From: Candidatus Hydrogenedentota bacterium
GTDB lineage: Bacteria > Hydrogenedentota > Hydrogenedentia > Hydrogenedentales > SLHB01
Direction: 5' to 3'
DNA length: 64,000 nt
Assembly (NCBI GenBank): GCA_963745075.1
Contig: CAVUWV010000010.1
Coordinates: forward strand, 32,001-96,000
Shown: positions 19,085-31,285 of the stretch, piece after piece
Layout of the letters: every line of letters begins with the position of its first letter
Numbering within the stretch: the stretch's first letter is position 1
Position numbers and translations under genes: made by a program
Notes under the pieces: generated by a model
What the model was told of the DNA's origin: nothing
The model's input: the letters and a program-made list of their open reading frames with translations, nothing else
Database searches by the model: none

Positions 19085-19248
19085 GAACATCCCCCTTGAT
19101 CCCCCTTCAAAGGGGGAGGTTTGCTCACTCGGGTTAGAGGCGTCCTGTGGCGTAACGGGTCCCCCGACAAGGCCTTTTCCCCACCAGATACGCGACGCGT
19201 GGCGTCGGGCCCCGCTCCCCCTTTGAAGGGGGAGCAAGGGGGATGTTC
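19085..19248. repeat. Second inverted doublet of the CCCCCTT/AAGGGGG family
   Basis: 19085-19118 and inverted 19215-19248. Confidence 0.85.
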
Positions 19249-19475
19249 TTCCGCGTTTCAAACTCATTGCAGTTTTTCCCTCGACATAAACGACCGTACT
19301 TCGTGCCCCGCTCCGAATTGACGGATATCGAGCCGAATACAACCCCGCACCCACGACCAAACCCTCGCCCCCGTGCAGCGCGATACTGGTTTGTGGAAGA
19401 ATACCCCTCTAGAATCCTTCCGTGCAAGGACCGGGAGGAGCAGTGTCATTTGTGGCGGGAAAGGAACTTGCAAGC

Positions 19476-20475
<1,000 letters not shown>

Positions 20476-20480
20476 GAAGT

Positions 20481-20828
20481 CTACCGCTTCCGAACGTAGA
20501 TGAGCGTTTGCACGATTGGGATCGACGTAAAGATGATAATGGGTCCGACGAGTACGATCCATCCGATGACTTCACCGAGGATCTCGTCCACAGGGAAGAC
20601 CAACTTTGCGACACCGGAGGCGATCAAGGCGAAGGACCACCAGAAGAGCGCGCGGCCACCGTACGCGTTGATCGCATACCAGTCTTCATCGGAGCGGAAC
20701 GCTTTCGGAATGCGAAACCCGTAGACGTGATTCATGGGGATGGTACGTCGCATCAACGGGATACAAAGCAGCATGAACAGGAGCCCGCACCCGATGTCGC
20801 TCAGACCCAGTACTATCCGGATTATCAT
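20481..20828 (-). CDS. SdpI/YfhL-family small membrane protein
   Basis: PMNHVYGFRIPKAFRSDEDWYAINAYGG with TM helices. Confidence 0.8.
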   Translation of the reverse strand: MIIRIVLGLSDIGCGLLFMLLCIPLMRRTIPMNHVYGFRIPKAFRSDEDWYAINAYGGRALFWWSFALIASGVAKLVFPVDEILGEVIGWIVLVGPIIIFTSIPIVQTLIYVRKR

Positions 20829-20843
20829 TGGAAGAAGTACCGC

Positions 20844-21647
20844 TCAGGTAGATTTCTTGAGAACGTAATACTTGGGGGGTAGCCCCCGGTAAACAACGTC
20901 GCCGCTAAGCCAGGGGAGGAACAGATAGTCTTCGCCATGAAGGTTCTTGATGAAGTACGGTGCGCGGACCCCGCTGTTCAGTTCTGTGGCAATACCGTTG
21001 GAAAAACCGTACCCCACCATGGTTGAGTGGCCATTGGGGTCGCAATGAACCGATTTCAAATGGAATGCTCCCGGCCAGGACTTCACGCCGGGTTGGAAGT
21101 CTTCGATCGCATTCACGAAATCGACGCTGATCCACGTGCCGACCATTGCGGGATCGGAGTTTTTGAATGGGGCAGAAGGATTCGTCGCGGCGGTCCGTCG
21201 GCCGGTAACTGGTCGAGACGATTCGGCCTGGACGTTTCCTTCTCGGAACATTACGAGAATCACGATTGGTAAGACAAAGAAGACGAGGAAGGCAATGCCC
21301 GATATGGCCCAAATGACGCTTGGCGGGAATCGCGGTTCACGAAGTCCATCGTCGCGGTGAAGCCAAGCGGCAGGCTGGATATCGTCCAGTTCGGCCAGAC
21401 GCTTGGAGCGGTCGATCCCCGGCGGTAAATCGAGTTTTTCCAACTCATCCCGGACGTTGCTCCATTGAACGAGGCGATCGGGTCCGGCGTTGAGCGCCGC
21501 CGTGACCTGGGCGCGCATCGAGTCAACGGTTTCCTTGGGATTGTACCCTCGGAGTCTCAAGACCTCGTCCACATGTTCGAGATAACGCTCAAGATACTCG
21601 CGAGCGTCGTCACTCCAGTTTGTGGCGGTGCATTCCGTCTGCTTCAT
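20844..21647 (-). CDS. Hypothetical single-pass membrane protein
   Basis: 267 aa with RBS and a central TM segment. Confidence 0.6.
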   Translation of the reverse strand: MKQTECTATNWSDDAREYLERYLEHVDEVLRLRGYNPKETVDSMRAQVTAALNAGPDRLVQWSNVRDELEKLDLPPGIDRSKRLAELDDIQPAAWLHRDDGLREPRFPPSVIWAISGIAFLVFFVLPIVILVMFREGNVQAESSRPVTGRRTAATNPSAPFKNSDPAMVGTWISVDFVNAIEDFQPGVKSWPGAFHLKSVHCDPNGHSTMVGYGFSNGIATELNSGVRAPYFIKNLHGEDYLFLPWLSGDVVYRGLPPKYYVLKKST

Positions 21648-21857
21648 CTAACCACCCCCCCGAGTTTCCCAAGTGTGTGCGGACATTGCGTCGACGAAGC
21701 GATCGTGTCGGATAGCTTTCTTTTCAGGAATCTCGATGCCGAATTCTCCCCCGAAGAAATCCACAAATTCCTAATACATATATTGCCACTACACTGCAAA
21801 AGTTGCAAGCGCTGACTTCGCGGTAAGTCCCGTTTAGCAGGGCTGGTTAACCGTCAC

Positions 21858-22316
21858 TCACCCCTTCCGGACGTCCTTCACCGCCCGGTCCATCTCCCGT
21901 TTGACCTCGCGCTCTTGAATGGTGCGGCGCTTGTCGATGGTCTGTTTGCCGCGGCACAGGCCGATTTCGACCTTGGCTTTGCCCTCTTTGAAGTAGACAC
22001 TCAGGGGGACGAGGGTCAACCCCTTCTCCGCGACCTGTGCGCCAAGCCGATTGATTTCCCGCTTGTGCATGAGCAGTTTTCGCGGCCGTTCCGGTTCGTG
22101 GTTCCAGGCGCTGCCCTGTTCATAGGGATTGATATGGGCGCCGACAAGGAACAGTTCACTCTTAATGATATCGGCGTAGCTGTCCTTGAGGACCATGTGC
22201 CCCGCGCGCAGGGATTTTACTTCGGTTCCGCGCAGCACGATCCCCGCCTCGTACTTTTCGAGCACGTGGTAATCATGGCGCGCGCGCCGGTTCGATACGA
22301 TGGTTTTGATACCCAT
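21858..22316 (-). CDS. smpB: SsrA-binding protein
   Basis: NRRARHDY...EAGIVL.GTEVKSLR...RKLLMHK.EI...DKR. Confidence 0.97.
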   Translation of the reverse strand: MGIKTIVSNRRARHDYHVLEKYEAGIVLRGTEVKSLRAGHMVLKDSYADIIKSELFLVGAHINPYEQGSAWNHEPERPRKLLMHKREINRLGAQVAEKGLTLVPLSVYFKEGKAKVEIGLCRGKQTIDKRRTIQEREVKREMDRAVKDVRKG

Positions 22317-22374
22317 GGGTTGCAAACCTTTGCTATGGATCTTGTCCACAGTTCCGGGCGATTCGGTTGAAAAT

Positions 22375-22540
22375 AAATTCAAAATTCGAAGCACGAAATC
22401 CGAAACAAATTCGAATGATCTAAATTCGAAAGAAGCCGCTAGAGAATTGCGGATTCCGAATGTAGCGCAGGCGTCCTCGCCTGCTTCTTTGGGATCGCAG
22501 GCGGGACGCCTGCGCTACATTTCAGCGTGATTCGAATTTC
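22375..22540. repeat. AAATTCGAA/AAATCCGAA short-repeat element with nested REP doublet (22460-22520)
   Basis: AAATTCGAAGCACGAAATCCGAAACAAATTCGAA on the left; CGTGATTCGAATTT inverted on the right; GTAG-REP pair inside. Confidence 0.75.
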
Positions 22541-22562
22541 TTTGGTTCAAACGTCCAGTTTT

Positions 22563-23840
22563 TTACGGGATGATCGACTCCAAGGCCGCCATCATCGCTG
22601 GTCCGGCTTCGGGACCCGGCGACATGCTCACCAGATACTCGGCATAGGGCATGGTGTCGCCCTCAAAATATTCCGGTTTCAAAATGTAACCCAGTTCATC
22701 CAGTCCCAACCCGACGACGAGTTTGGGGCCGCTATCCATTAACTCTTTCGTCTTCCAACCATGGATCGGCGATGTCTCGCCCGGATGTGTGGCAATCTGC
22801 ACCGGGCCAATCGCGATCCACGCCACCTCGGTTTCCACCGTATCGCCCATGGGCCGGTCGACGATGCCCAGTGCGCTCAACTGTTTGAACCCTTCATTCG
22901 CGACGGGAATCGTGAAGACCTTATTCGCAAAGCGCATCGTAGTATCTTCGACCGGGTTCATATGCTCCATGGCGGCGAGCACGTCGGCGGCAAACCGTTT
23001 GCCATAATCCTCCGCCAGGGCGAAGGTCCGTTCCGGCGTGACGGGTTGAATCCAGCCGCCGATGGCGCCCTGCAAAAACAGATGCTCGCCGGGGTACAAA
23101 CCACTCATTTCGTCATAGAACGCGCCTACATAGTCCGCACTTACCTCGCTGACCGTCCCATCGGTGCACGTGGGATGGCAGGCGAAATTGGTCAGCGTGG
23201 CGATATTCGCACCGTCCGCATCGAGGCATTGTAGTACCACAACGCTCCTATCGACAACGCCCGCTTCGCAATCGTTCACCACCCAGCCCTCGCCAGACTC
23301 GGTTTCCGCGAAACGCAACGTCGCCGGCTGCCGCGACACCGTAGCCGCCGCAACCTGCGTAGACGCGGTCTCGACCAATCGATCCACGTACTTCGGATCC
23401 ACGCCGGAGGTCGTATCGTCAGGTCCCCAAATTCCAATCACGTCGGGACCGGCATGGGTGTGGGAAGACACGACGATAACCCGGTCTTTCGGCAGCGCAA
23501 TGTTCTGAACCTTCTTTGCTACCGCTTGGCGAATTTGCTGAACGACGGGGTAGGGGAGCCCGATGCAATCCACCGCGACAAGAGCGATCGGCGTTGCTCC
23601 GTCGTCAAACACGACGGACTTGAGGTACAGATCATCGTGAACGCCGGTGAATTGCCGGTTCTTCCGATCGCCCGCGATAAAGGCGCCTGCGTCCGGATCG
23701 ATCGTCGTGGAAGCCGCTCCGACGAGGAACGGATGGGTTGCCCTATTCGCACTCACGTTCAATCCACGCACCCCTATGCATACCGGAGGAAACGTATACC
23801 TAGCGCCGCGGACCCCAGTTCGGACCCTGACTGCGCACAT
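22563..23840 (-). CDS. Neutral/alkaline ceramidase-like protein (start uncertain)
   Basis: GVHDDL, SSHTHAGPD, NFACHPT, SADY, LQGAIG, HPGE. Confidence 0.75.
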   Translation of the reverse strand: MCAVRVRTGVRGARYTFPPVCIGVRGLNVSANRATHPFLVGAASTTIDPDAGAFIAGDRKNRQFTGVHDDLYLKSVVFDDGATPIALVAVDCIGLPYPVVQQIRQAVAKKVQNIALPKDRVIVVSSHTHAGPDVIGIWGPDDTTSGVDPKYVDRLVETASTQVAAATVSRQPATLRFAETESGEGWVVNDCEAGVVDRSVVVLQCLDADGANIATLTNFACHPTCTDGTVSEVSADYVGAFYDEMSGLYPGEHLFLQGAIGGWIQPVTPERTFALAEDYGKRFAADVLAAMEHMNPVEDTTMRFANKVFTIPVANEGFKQLSALGIVDRPMGDTVETEVAWIAIGPVQIATHPGETSPIHGWKTKELMDSGPKLVVGLGLDELGYILKPEYFEGDTMPYAEYLVSMSPGPEAGPAMMAALESIIP

Positions 23841-25157
23841 TGATTCGAGGGATTTTGCGGTTTTCTCCGTTCGCCAACGTCACGGTCCACAGTTCTGCCG
23901 AGCCGGTACGCGTAGAACTGAACACGATGTGCCGCGAATCCGGCGACCAGCTTGGAGATTCGTTCGATCCGCCCGAACTCGTCAGTTGCTGCGGATCGCT
24001 GCCGTCGGCGCCCATGGCGAAAATCTCGAATCCCTGACCGCTCTTTTCAACGACATAAGCGATGTGCTCCCCATCTGGGGACCAAGCCGGATCGTACGAC
24101 TTGCCGCCCTGAAACGATACGCGCCGAACGTTGCCGCCGTTCACGTCCATGGCGTAAATCTGCGGCGTTCCGCCGCGTTCGCTGACAAAAGCGATTTGCC
24201 GGCCGTCCGGACTGAAGCAGGGGGAAGAGTCCACCGCGGGATCGTTCGTCAGCCGCTGCTTGTTCGATCCGTCCGCGTTCATGATATAGATTTCCGAATT
24301 GGCGTCCTTGCTGAGCACCAAGGCGATGCGCTTGCCGTCCGGCGACCATGCGGGGCCGCTGTTCATGCCGACTTCCTTGGACACGGCTGTCGAAACGCCG
24401 GATGCCAAGTCGAACACGTACAAAAATTGGTACCGGTCTTTGTACGACACATAGGCAATTTTCGTTCCATCCGGGTTGAACACGGGGAGGATGGAAATGG
24501 ACCCGTGTTTCGTCAGTTGCGTCTCGTTGGCTCCGTCGTAATCCGAGACGTAGATTTCCTTCTTGCCGGTCTCGCCGCCGCTGAAACAAATGCGCGTCGT
24601 TGCGATCCCGGCGGTACCGTCCAGGTATCGGACAATCTCATCGGCGAACTGGTGCGACACCAGCCGCGACCACGATTCCTCTGCCGCCAGGCGCTTACCG
24701 ACGACTTGTTGCCCGGAAGCGACGTCAAACAACCGGCATTCCGCCGCGAGCTGGCCACCCGACGTAGTCACGTAGACATGAACGAGGAAGTCCGCCGTGG
24801 TCCCACGCCATTGGTCGAAACTGATCTGCGTGGCGTCGCTGGTAAAACCGGCAAACCCGGGGGGAACTCCGGCCGTGGCATCACGCGGATCAGTCCCGTG
24901 AAATCCAGGTCGTCGGATAACACCTGCGCCATATCGGCCCCCAGCGATTCCGAACCGGGCGCCGTAACAAACGATGGAACTGCAACGGGAATGCGTTTGT
25001 CGGAAGGTCCACGGCTGATCGTACCGGTTACCTTTTCTCCGTCGGCCGGTGCTTGCGCATACGAATTCTGGGCCACCATGACGACGCAGACCATAACAAC
25101 AGGCACGAGTGCTCGCAGGATTCTCACGATGTTCTTCCTCCCAAATATCTCTACCAT
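23800..25157 (-). CDS. tolB: Tol-Pal beta-propeller protein, frameshift near 24862
   Basis: IAVPSF...DDLDFTG, HQFADEI, PD40 repeats WSPDG; shift lies in a G homopolymer. Confidence 0.88.
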
Positions 25158-25975
25158 TGCGGAATGAAATTATAGACCACTTGCACTTCCGGTTGGCTAT
25201 AGCCATCCGGCAGCGGCGGAAACGGAGCCGCCGCTTTGACCGCTTCAACGGCCGACTTTCCGATGGCCGGGTCGAGTGCATCCTTCATGACTTCGGGCTC
25301 GCCAAGCAAACGTCCGTCGCGGCTGACCCAAAATGATACTACGGCTTCATTGTTCTTCGGATCGATCCGGACGCCCACGGGGACCTGCCAGGCCCGCTCG
25401 ACCTTGCGCTGAACCAAACCGCCCCACGTTCCCAGCACCGTCGGCAGCGCCTGCTTGATGCTCACACCCGGCTTGGCGGTCGGTTGTGGCGGTTGCGGCT
25501 TCTCGACCGGCTTGGGCGGTTCCTTGGGTGGTTCCGGCTTGGGTTTTTCTTCCTTCGGCGGTTTGGGCTTTTCCTTGGGCGGCTCCGGTTTGGGTTCCTC
25601 CTTCGGTGGTTCCGGCGGCTTTGGCTTCACCTCGGGCGGCTTTGGCTTCGGTTCCTCCTTGGGTTTCTCCGGTGGTTTTGGCTTCGGAGACTCCTTCGGC
25701 GGAGGAGGTGGTGGCGGAGGTGGTTCCGGTTTCGGCTCGGGTTCCGGCGGCGGAGCCGGGGGCTCCGGTTCCACGGCCGGGGCCTCCGATTGGGCAGCCG
25801 GTGGGGCCATCAACTGCACTTCGTAAATGCTCGGATGTATCTTTGGCTCTTTGTGCAGAAAGAACCACGCGAACGCGGCAATGGCGCCCATGTGGAGGAG
25901 TACCGATACCACAATGGCCCGCCGAAGCCCTGGCGACGTATGATGGAGCCAATAGTAATCGTAGCGATCTTGCAT
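25151..25975 (-). CDS. TolA/TonB-like energy transducer (TM - Pro/Lys/Glu-rich linker - TonB_C)
   Basis: SVLLH TM motif, PKPE repeats, ...AVKAAAPFPPLP. Confidence 0.8.
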   Translation of the reverse strand: MQDRYDYYWLHHTSPGLRRAIVVSVLLHMGAIAAFAWFFLHKEPKIHPSIYEVQLMAPPAAQSEAPAVEPEPPAPPPEPEPKPEPPPPPPPPPKESPKPKPPEKPKEEPKPKPPEVKPKPPEPPKEEPKPEPPKEKPKPPKEEKPKPEPPKEPPKPVEKPQPPQPTAKPGVSIKQALPTVLGTWGGLVQRKVERAWQVPVGVRIDPKNNEAVVSFWVSRDGRLLGEPEVMKDALDPAIGKSAVEAVKAAAPFPPLPDGYSQPEVQVVYNFIPQW

Positions 25976-26526
25976 AAGATGGAGAGACGTTTCTACTCCG
26001 GAATTCTCCCACGCACCAAACGTCGAATCGGTGACCTTTACCCGCTCTGGGCCTTCACTTGCTGGTCCGAGGGTTTTGGGTTCACAGTGTGCGTGTGAGA
26101 ATTCCTGACTACGTGACTGCGATTTACGATAGCGTCCCGTCCGTGCTCGAAAATGACCGTGGAGCCCTGGCCCCCATCGGGGGCTAATCGGTCGCTCATG
26201 GACCTCGCCAATCGCGCCCGAGTATCGCACAAGCGGTGCGCCCGTTGCAACGAACTGGCCCACGTGAAATACCACATCTACTGTATTTCCTGGCCAAAAC
26301 CACTATAATTTGTAGTGCAATCCCCTTGCGCTATACAATCCCCGTAACCTGCCCAAAGTTGCCGCGTCTCGGGTGGATTTGCACAAAACCGTTGACTAAA
26401 ATACGCGCTATGTCATGGCTGAGCGGCAATCAGAACCGTATTCACACCCGGAAACCGCCAAAAGCGGACCTTGCGGTTCCACGCATTCGCCGCAGGACCG
26501 AATCCCAAACGAATCAGCTTCTGGCA

Positions 26527-28160
26527 TGAGCGATACGTCCATCATGAAGTCGCCGTCCCGGATTTCGGTGTCGTATCTGCTCAGCCTGTACACGCGCACG
26601 ACGCTCTGGTACCTGCTGTTTGTGGCACTCTTTGCCGCCGTCGGCATCGAGTCCATCTACATGAGTCCAACGCCGTTCCACGCACTGCTGTTCCCCGCTT
26701 CCGAAACCTGGGGAGGACCGGTTCTGGTCATCGGCCTGATGGGCGTGGCCGGCGTCGCGCTCACGCGGTATGCGTCGCCGGGACGCGCGCTCGCTCCCCA
26801 TCGCAAAGCGCTAATCGCGGGCTGTGCCTTTTTGTGGGTTGCTCTCTTGACCGGCATTCTTGCGAAGAACCCGAACCTGCAAAACGGGACACAAACCATG
26901 TGGGCTGCGCTATGGGACGGCGCCCGTTGGCATTTTCCCTTTCTGGTCGTTTCGGTTGGGGGTGCTGCCTTCGGAATCTATTGGTTGAAAGGCCATCCTG
27001 CCTTTTGTGATGAGACCCACGTATCGTCCACTCGCCGTGCCGTGATCGCGATCGCGGCGTTTTCCATCCTGTTCTCGATCTCCGTGGCCATGATTCGCGG
27101 CGGTACGGACGGCATCACCGACGCGTACCATCGGCAGACCTACGAATACATCGGCGACATCGGGAGCCGAAGCAGCATTCGGGCCTTTCTGCACGACTAC
27201 AACGATCTCCATGACTACTTGTCCATGCACGCCAAAGTGCACCCGCCGGGGCCCGTGGTCATGCTCTGGCTGATGTCGACGGTGTTGCTGACGACGAGCC
27301 CGCTCGTTCTGTCGGTCGCCACGATCGTGGTCGGCAGCACGGCCGTCATTCCACTGTTCCTTTGGGTTCGCGATATGGTCCACGCGCGCGCGGCGTTCGT
27401 CTGTTCGCTTCTCTATGTGCTGGTTCCGGCCATCGTGCTATTCACGGCAACCAGCGCTGACATTCTGTTCATGCCGCTCACGTTGTGGTGCCTGTTTTTC
27501 TTCTGGCGGGCGATTCATCGGAATTCGTGGAAGTGCGCGTTGGCTGCGGGCGTCCTGTACGCGTTGATGTCGCTATGCTCGTTTTCCCTGTTGGCGATTG
27601 GGGCCTTTTTCGGATTTGTGGGACTCTGGCGCCTGTCCGACCGGGCCCTGTGGATTCCCGTGGTCCGCACCGCCGCGCTGATGATCGCGGGCTTTCTCGC
27701 GATCCATCTCGCCATTCGCTACTGGTCCGGTTTCGATATCATCGAGTGTTTTCGACTGTCCAAGGCGCAGTTCGCCGAAGATCAGGCCAACCTCGACATC
27801 TATGCCCCACGCTATCCCGGCTGGACGTTCCGTTTTCTGAATCCCATGGCGTTGTTCTTCTTCGCGGGGATTCCCGTTTCCGTGCTCTTTTGTTGGCGGT
27901 TATGGCGGCCCGAGCCCGGCACGCGGCGATTGTTTCACCTCTTCGCACTTACCCTGATTGCCCTTAACCTTCTGTACCTTGGCCGGGGAGAAGGCGAGCG
28001 CTCGGCCATGTACATCTTCCCGTTCGTCGTAATTCCAGCGGCCCACCTCCTCGATGAATTCAGTCGGCGAACCCGATCGAACGGGCCGCTAATCGCAACG
28101 CTTGTATTTCTCGCGATCCAATGTTGGGCGACCGAAACCTGTCTGTACACGTATTGGTAG
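26527..28160 (+). CDS. Polytopic membrane glycosyltransferase (GT-C/GT39-like); start uncertain
   Basis: Many TM segments, HAKVHPPGP, GEGERSA; adjacent to GT2. Confidence 0.65.
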
Positions 28161-28177
28161 GGGAGGACTGATTTTCG

Positions 28178-28939
28178 ATGTGGCGTGACAAGAAAGTCTC
28201 CCTGGTCTTTCCAACCTACAACGAAAAGGACTCCATCCGCCGCGCGGTCGAAGATTTCTTCGACTCCGGCTACATTGATGAAATCATCGTCGTCAACAAC
28301 AATGCCGCAGAGGGCACCGACGACGAAGTACGTCAGACGCAAGCGAAGCTGGTTTACGAAGCGCGTCAAGGTTACGGCCATGCGATCTGGAAAGGGTTGG
28401 CTGAATCCTCGGGCGATATTCTGATGATCGCAGAGCCCGACGGCACCTTTTCCGGTCACGACGTTATCAAGCTGCTCGCATACTCTGACGATGCCCCCGT
28501 CGTGTTCGGCACGCGCACGCAACGGGAGTTCGTGTGGGACGGAGCCAATATGGGGTTGTTCTTGAAGTACGGAAACTGGGCCGTCGGGAAAATGGTCGAG
28601 TTCCTTTTCAATACCACGCTGCTGACCGACGTCGGCTGCTCGATGCGTCTCTTCCATCGCGAAGCCTATGAACGCATCGCGCCACAGTTCTCGGTGGGCG
28701 GTTCCGCTTTCGGGCCGCAGATGTTGCTGCTGACCATCCTGAACGACATTCGGTTTATTGAAATCCCCGTGAACTACCGAAAACGGGTGGGGGAGTCGTC
28801 CGTCACCGGCGATAAACTCAAGGCATTCCGGCTCGGCATGTCCATGATCGTCATGATCCTGCGCTACCGGGTACGCTCCTGGTTCGGGCGGAAGCCGCGT
28901 CCGGGTACCAACCCCTACGCAGGCCCCCGAAGCGAGTAA
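28178..28939 (+). CDS. GT2 glycosyltransferase (DPM1-like)
   Basis: VFPTYNE, GYG.AI..G, EPDGT, LTDVGC. Confidence 0.9.
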   Translation: MWRDKKVSLVFPTYNEKDSIRRAVEDFFDSGYIDEIIVVNNNAAEGTDDEVRQTQAKLVYEARQGYGHAIWKGLAESSGDILMIAEPDGTFSGHDVIKLLAYSDDAPVVFGTRTQREFVWDGANMGLFLKYGNWAVGKMVEFLFNTTLLTDVGCSMRLFHREAYERIAPQFSVGGSAFGPQMLLLTILNDIRFIEIPVNYRKRVGESSVTGDKLKAFRLGMSMIVMILRYRVRSWFGRKPRPGTNPYAGPRSE

Positions 28940-28945
28940 TGAGAA

Positions 28946-28974
28946 AGGGGCGCCCTCGAACGAAGGACGCCCCT
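28946..28974. terminator. Hairpin between convergent genes
   Basis: AGGGGCGCCCT...AGGACGCCCCT. Confidence 0.5.
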
Positions 28975-29002
28975 AAAGGACTGAAAACGGCGATCGGATT
29001 TC

Positions 29003-29698
29003 TTACGCCGCCGGCTTGTCCGTCTTGTTCGCGATGATATCCAGGATCAGTTTGCACATGTCCTGAATCACGTAGTCTCCGATGGTGCTGTGATAGGTGA
29101 TACCGAAATCCTGGCGGTTCATCGAGAGCGTCGCCTGCGCCGTCAGCTTGTCGCCCTCGATGGTGACAGTCGCCGGGAACGTGACCTCTTTCGTGACGCC
29201 GCGGATCGTGAAATCGCCGGTCACTTCGTATCCTTCCGCCGTTTTCTTCACACTCTTCGACTTGAAGGTCGACGTGGGGTAGGTGCCCGGCTTGAAGAAG
29301 TTCTCGTCGCCTTGAAGCTTCTCCGTCAACTCCGGAGCGTCCGAAAACGCGGAGGTCATGTCGACCGTGACGTCGATCTTCATCGTTTCGGGCTTACCCT
29401 CTTCCATGGTGATCGTTCCGTCGAACATCGTCCAACCGCCTTCCCGGGTCCCGATCGGCACCGTCGCATTCCACATGATCGACGAGTAGTCCGGATCGAT
29501 CGTGTAGGTGACTACTTCGCCGCTCGGGGTCGCATTCGGGGTCGCCTCGGGCGCCTCGGTTGACTCGGCCGGCTCCGCGGTCTTCGACGTTTCGGAAGAA
29601 CCAGGTTTTGACGTATCCGCTGGCTTGCTGCACCCCGTGGCCGCGAGGAAAGCCATTAGTATACAAAGTGTTAAGACGAACTGGGTTACGCGTTCCAT
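29003..29698 (-). CDS. YceI-family lipoprotein
   Basis: Lipobox ATGC; YTIDP..S...GDFTIRGVTKEV..NRQDFGI. Confidence 0.88.
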   Translation of the reverse strand: MERVTQFVLTLCILMAFLAATGCSKPADTSKPGSSETSKTAEPAESTEAPEATPNATPSGEVVTYTIDPDYSSIMWNATVPIGTREGGWTMFDGTITMEEGKPETMKIDVTVDMTSAFSDAPELTEKLQGDENFFKPGTYPTSTFKSKSVKKTAEGYEVTGDFTIRGVTKEVTFPATVTIEGDKLTAQATLSMNRQDFGITYHSTIGDYVIQDMCKLILDIIANKTDKPAA

Positions 29699-30379
29699 AG
29701 TCTAGCTTCTCCTTCCCGTTCCGTAACGGGTGCTAAAAGTTGGTCGATTGGCGCTTTTCCCCATCGGAGAAACTCGCGCCACGAAGTCGTAAGGAACCGG
29801 TGCCGGAAGTGGAATACCGCTACCCCCTCGGTTCCGAATCATGTTTGTCCGGAGGCTTTAGACCCCGGAATCGCCTCCGGGTTCGAACTTCCTCACGGAT
29901 GCTAGCATTTCGCTCCTTCCTTTGTCTAACCCGGAATTCTCGCACGCGTAACGCGCCGGTTCTGTAAGACCAATCCGCCCTGTGGTTTCAATTTCGTCAA
30001 CCGTGAGCCTACAGTTCTCCTCGAAAGCATTTCTTGCCGCCACCACAGACCATGGGGTGGCAACAGAACGTCTTTGGGGCGGGGAGAAATGCTCGGTCTT
30101 CGACGCGAACCACCGTATCTCGTCCTGGACTCGCCAGGCTCGAAGAAGTCGACCGCGATTACCGCGTGACTCGTCCGCGACAAACTGGCAATATCCTTGT
30201 CGTTTTGGTAATGATTCGAGTCCACTTGAAGCGATCCCGCGACACCACGAAAGGTGTCGTGGAAATCGAACCGAAAGGTGCGCCGATGGGGCGAAACCTC
30301 AAATCGGGCACCACGGAGTGAAAACCCCATTTAGGGTTGATTCCGTGGGGGTAGAAAAATCTTAAGGTCTTATTTTGTA

Positions 30380-31285
30380 ATGAGTTATGAGTTTGAAAAA
30401 TCTCGGCATGGTTCGTGCACTTATACGGTCATGCAGCTGGTCACAGCGCGAATAAAGTTGAATCGCTATTCGGTGTTTATGGCGGCCGTGATAGCCGTGG
30501 TGGTGGATGTGGTTGCCGCCGCGCAGCCGGAGCTAAAGGTCATGCCGGACCCGCAGCCCGTGAATGTCGGCAAGGAGTTTCGGGTGACCTGCGTGGTTTC
30601 GTGGAGCGGGGCTCCCGACGCTTTTACAATCCTGCCCGCGGAAGTTGCCCCAATAGACTGGGGCAAGGTCACGGTGCTGCCCTCGAAAGCTTATGTGCGA
30701 GACGGTCAGAATGTCGTTGAAGAGACCGTCGCGTTCGAGGCCGATAATCCTGGCGAGTATAAAACGCCCGCCATTGAGATTCCGTACCTGCGCCCCGAGG
30801 ACGTACAAAAGCCGGAGAAGCCAGATACCCCAATGCACCTAAATGCTTCTGACGCTCCCCCCAAGCTCAGAGCAGACCCTTTCCCTCTCCTGGTGCAACC
30901 CCACACAACCCCTGCCTGGCTCTTCGGTGTTCTCGGGGCGCTTTCCTTTTGTGTCGCGGCGTTCGTGGCCTGGAGGATCCGCAAGGCGCGCCGTGTCGTG
31001 TCCCCTGTAGAATCCGAACCCGGTCAAGCGCTTGATACGACCGCTGTGTGTAACCGGCTTGACGCCGCCAAACGGAAGCGCGTCGAAGGGGACTTCTACG
31101 GGATGTACCGCGAGCTTGCTGCCGCAGCCAAGCTCGTTCAAACAAAGGAACCCGAATTGGCGCAACGGCTTACAACCCGCACCGAGGAAGTCGGCTATCG
31201 CGGCGCTCGCCCCACGGACGACGAGATGGACGGGGACCTGCGAAGCATCGAGCGACTCTTGGTTGCAGACGAGCCGGATTCATGA
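30380..31285 (+). CDS. BatD-like exported/membrane protein (start uncertain)
   Basis: Ig-like N-terminus, GEYKTPAIEIPY, C-terminal TM. Confidence 0.55.
   Translation: MSYEFEKSRHGSCTYTVMQLVTARIKLNRYSVFMAAVIAVVVDVVAAAQPELKVMPDPQPVNVGKEFRVTCVVSWSGAPDAFTILPAEVAPIDWGKVTVLPSKAYVRDGQNVVEETVAFEADNPGEYKTPAIEIPYLRPEDVQKPEKPDTPMHLNASDAPPKLRADPFPLLVQPHTTPAWLFGVLGALSFCVAAFVAWRIRKARRVVSPVESEPGQALDTTAVCNRLDAAKRKRVEGDFYGMYRELAAAAKLVQTKEPELAQRLTTRTEEVGYRGARPTDDEMDGDLRSIERLLVADEPDS

Noticed and set aside
16658..19248. CRISPR array
   Set aside because: Repeats are inverted doublets with irregular spacing; no cas genes in the window
25455..25826. Gly/Ser/Phe-rich plus-strand ORF or tandem repeat array
   Set aside because: Antisense shadow of the Pro/Lys/Glu linker of the TolA/TonB-like gene
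23800..25975. tolA-like/tolB without adjacent tolQR or pal as a novel system
   Set aside because: Split tol-pal clusters are common; the partners may lie elsewhere in the genome
29700..30380. Riboswitch or ncRNA in the long yceI-bat intergenic region
   Set aside because: Partial GGAA..GGTG resemblance to a cobalamin element lacks the conserved downstream box; ORFs here lack recognisable motifs
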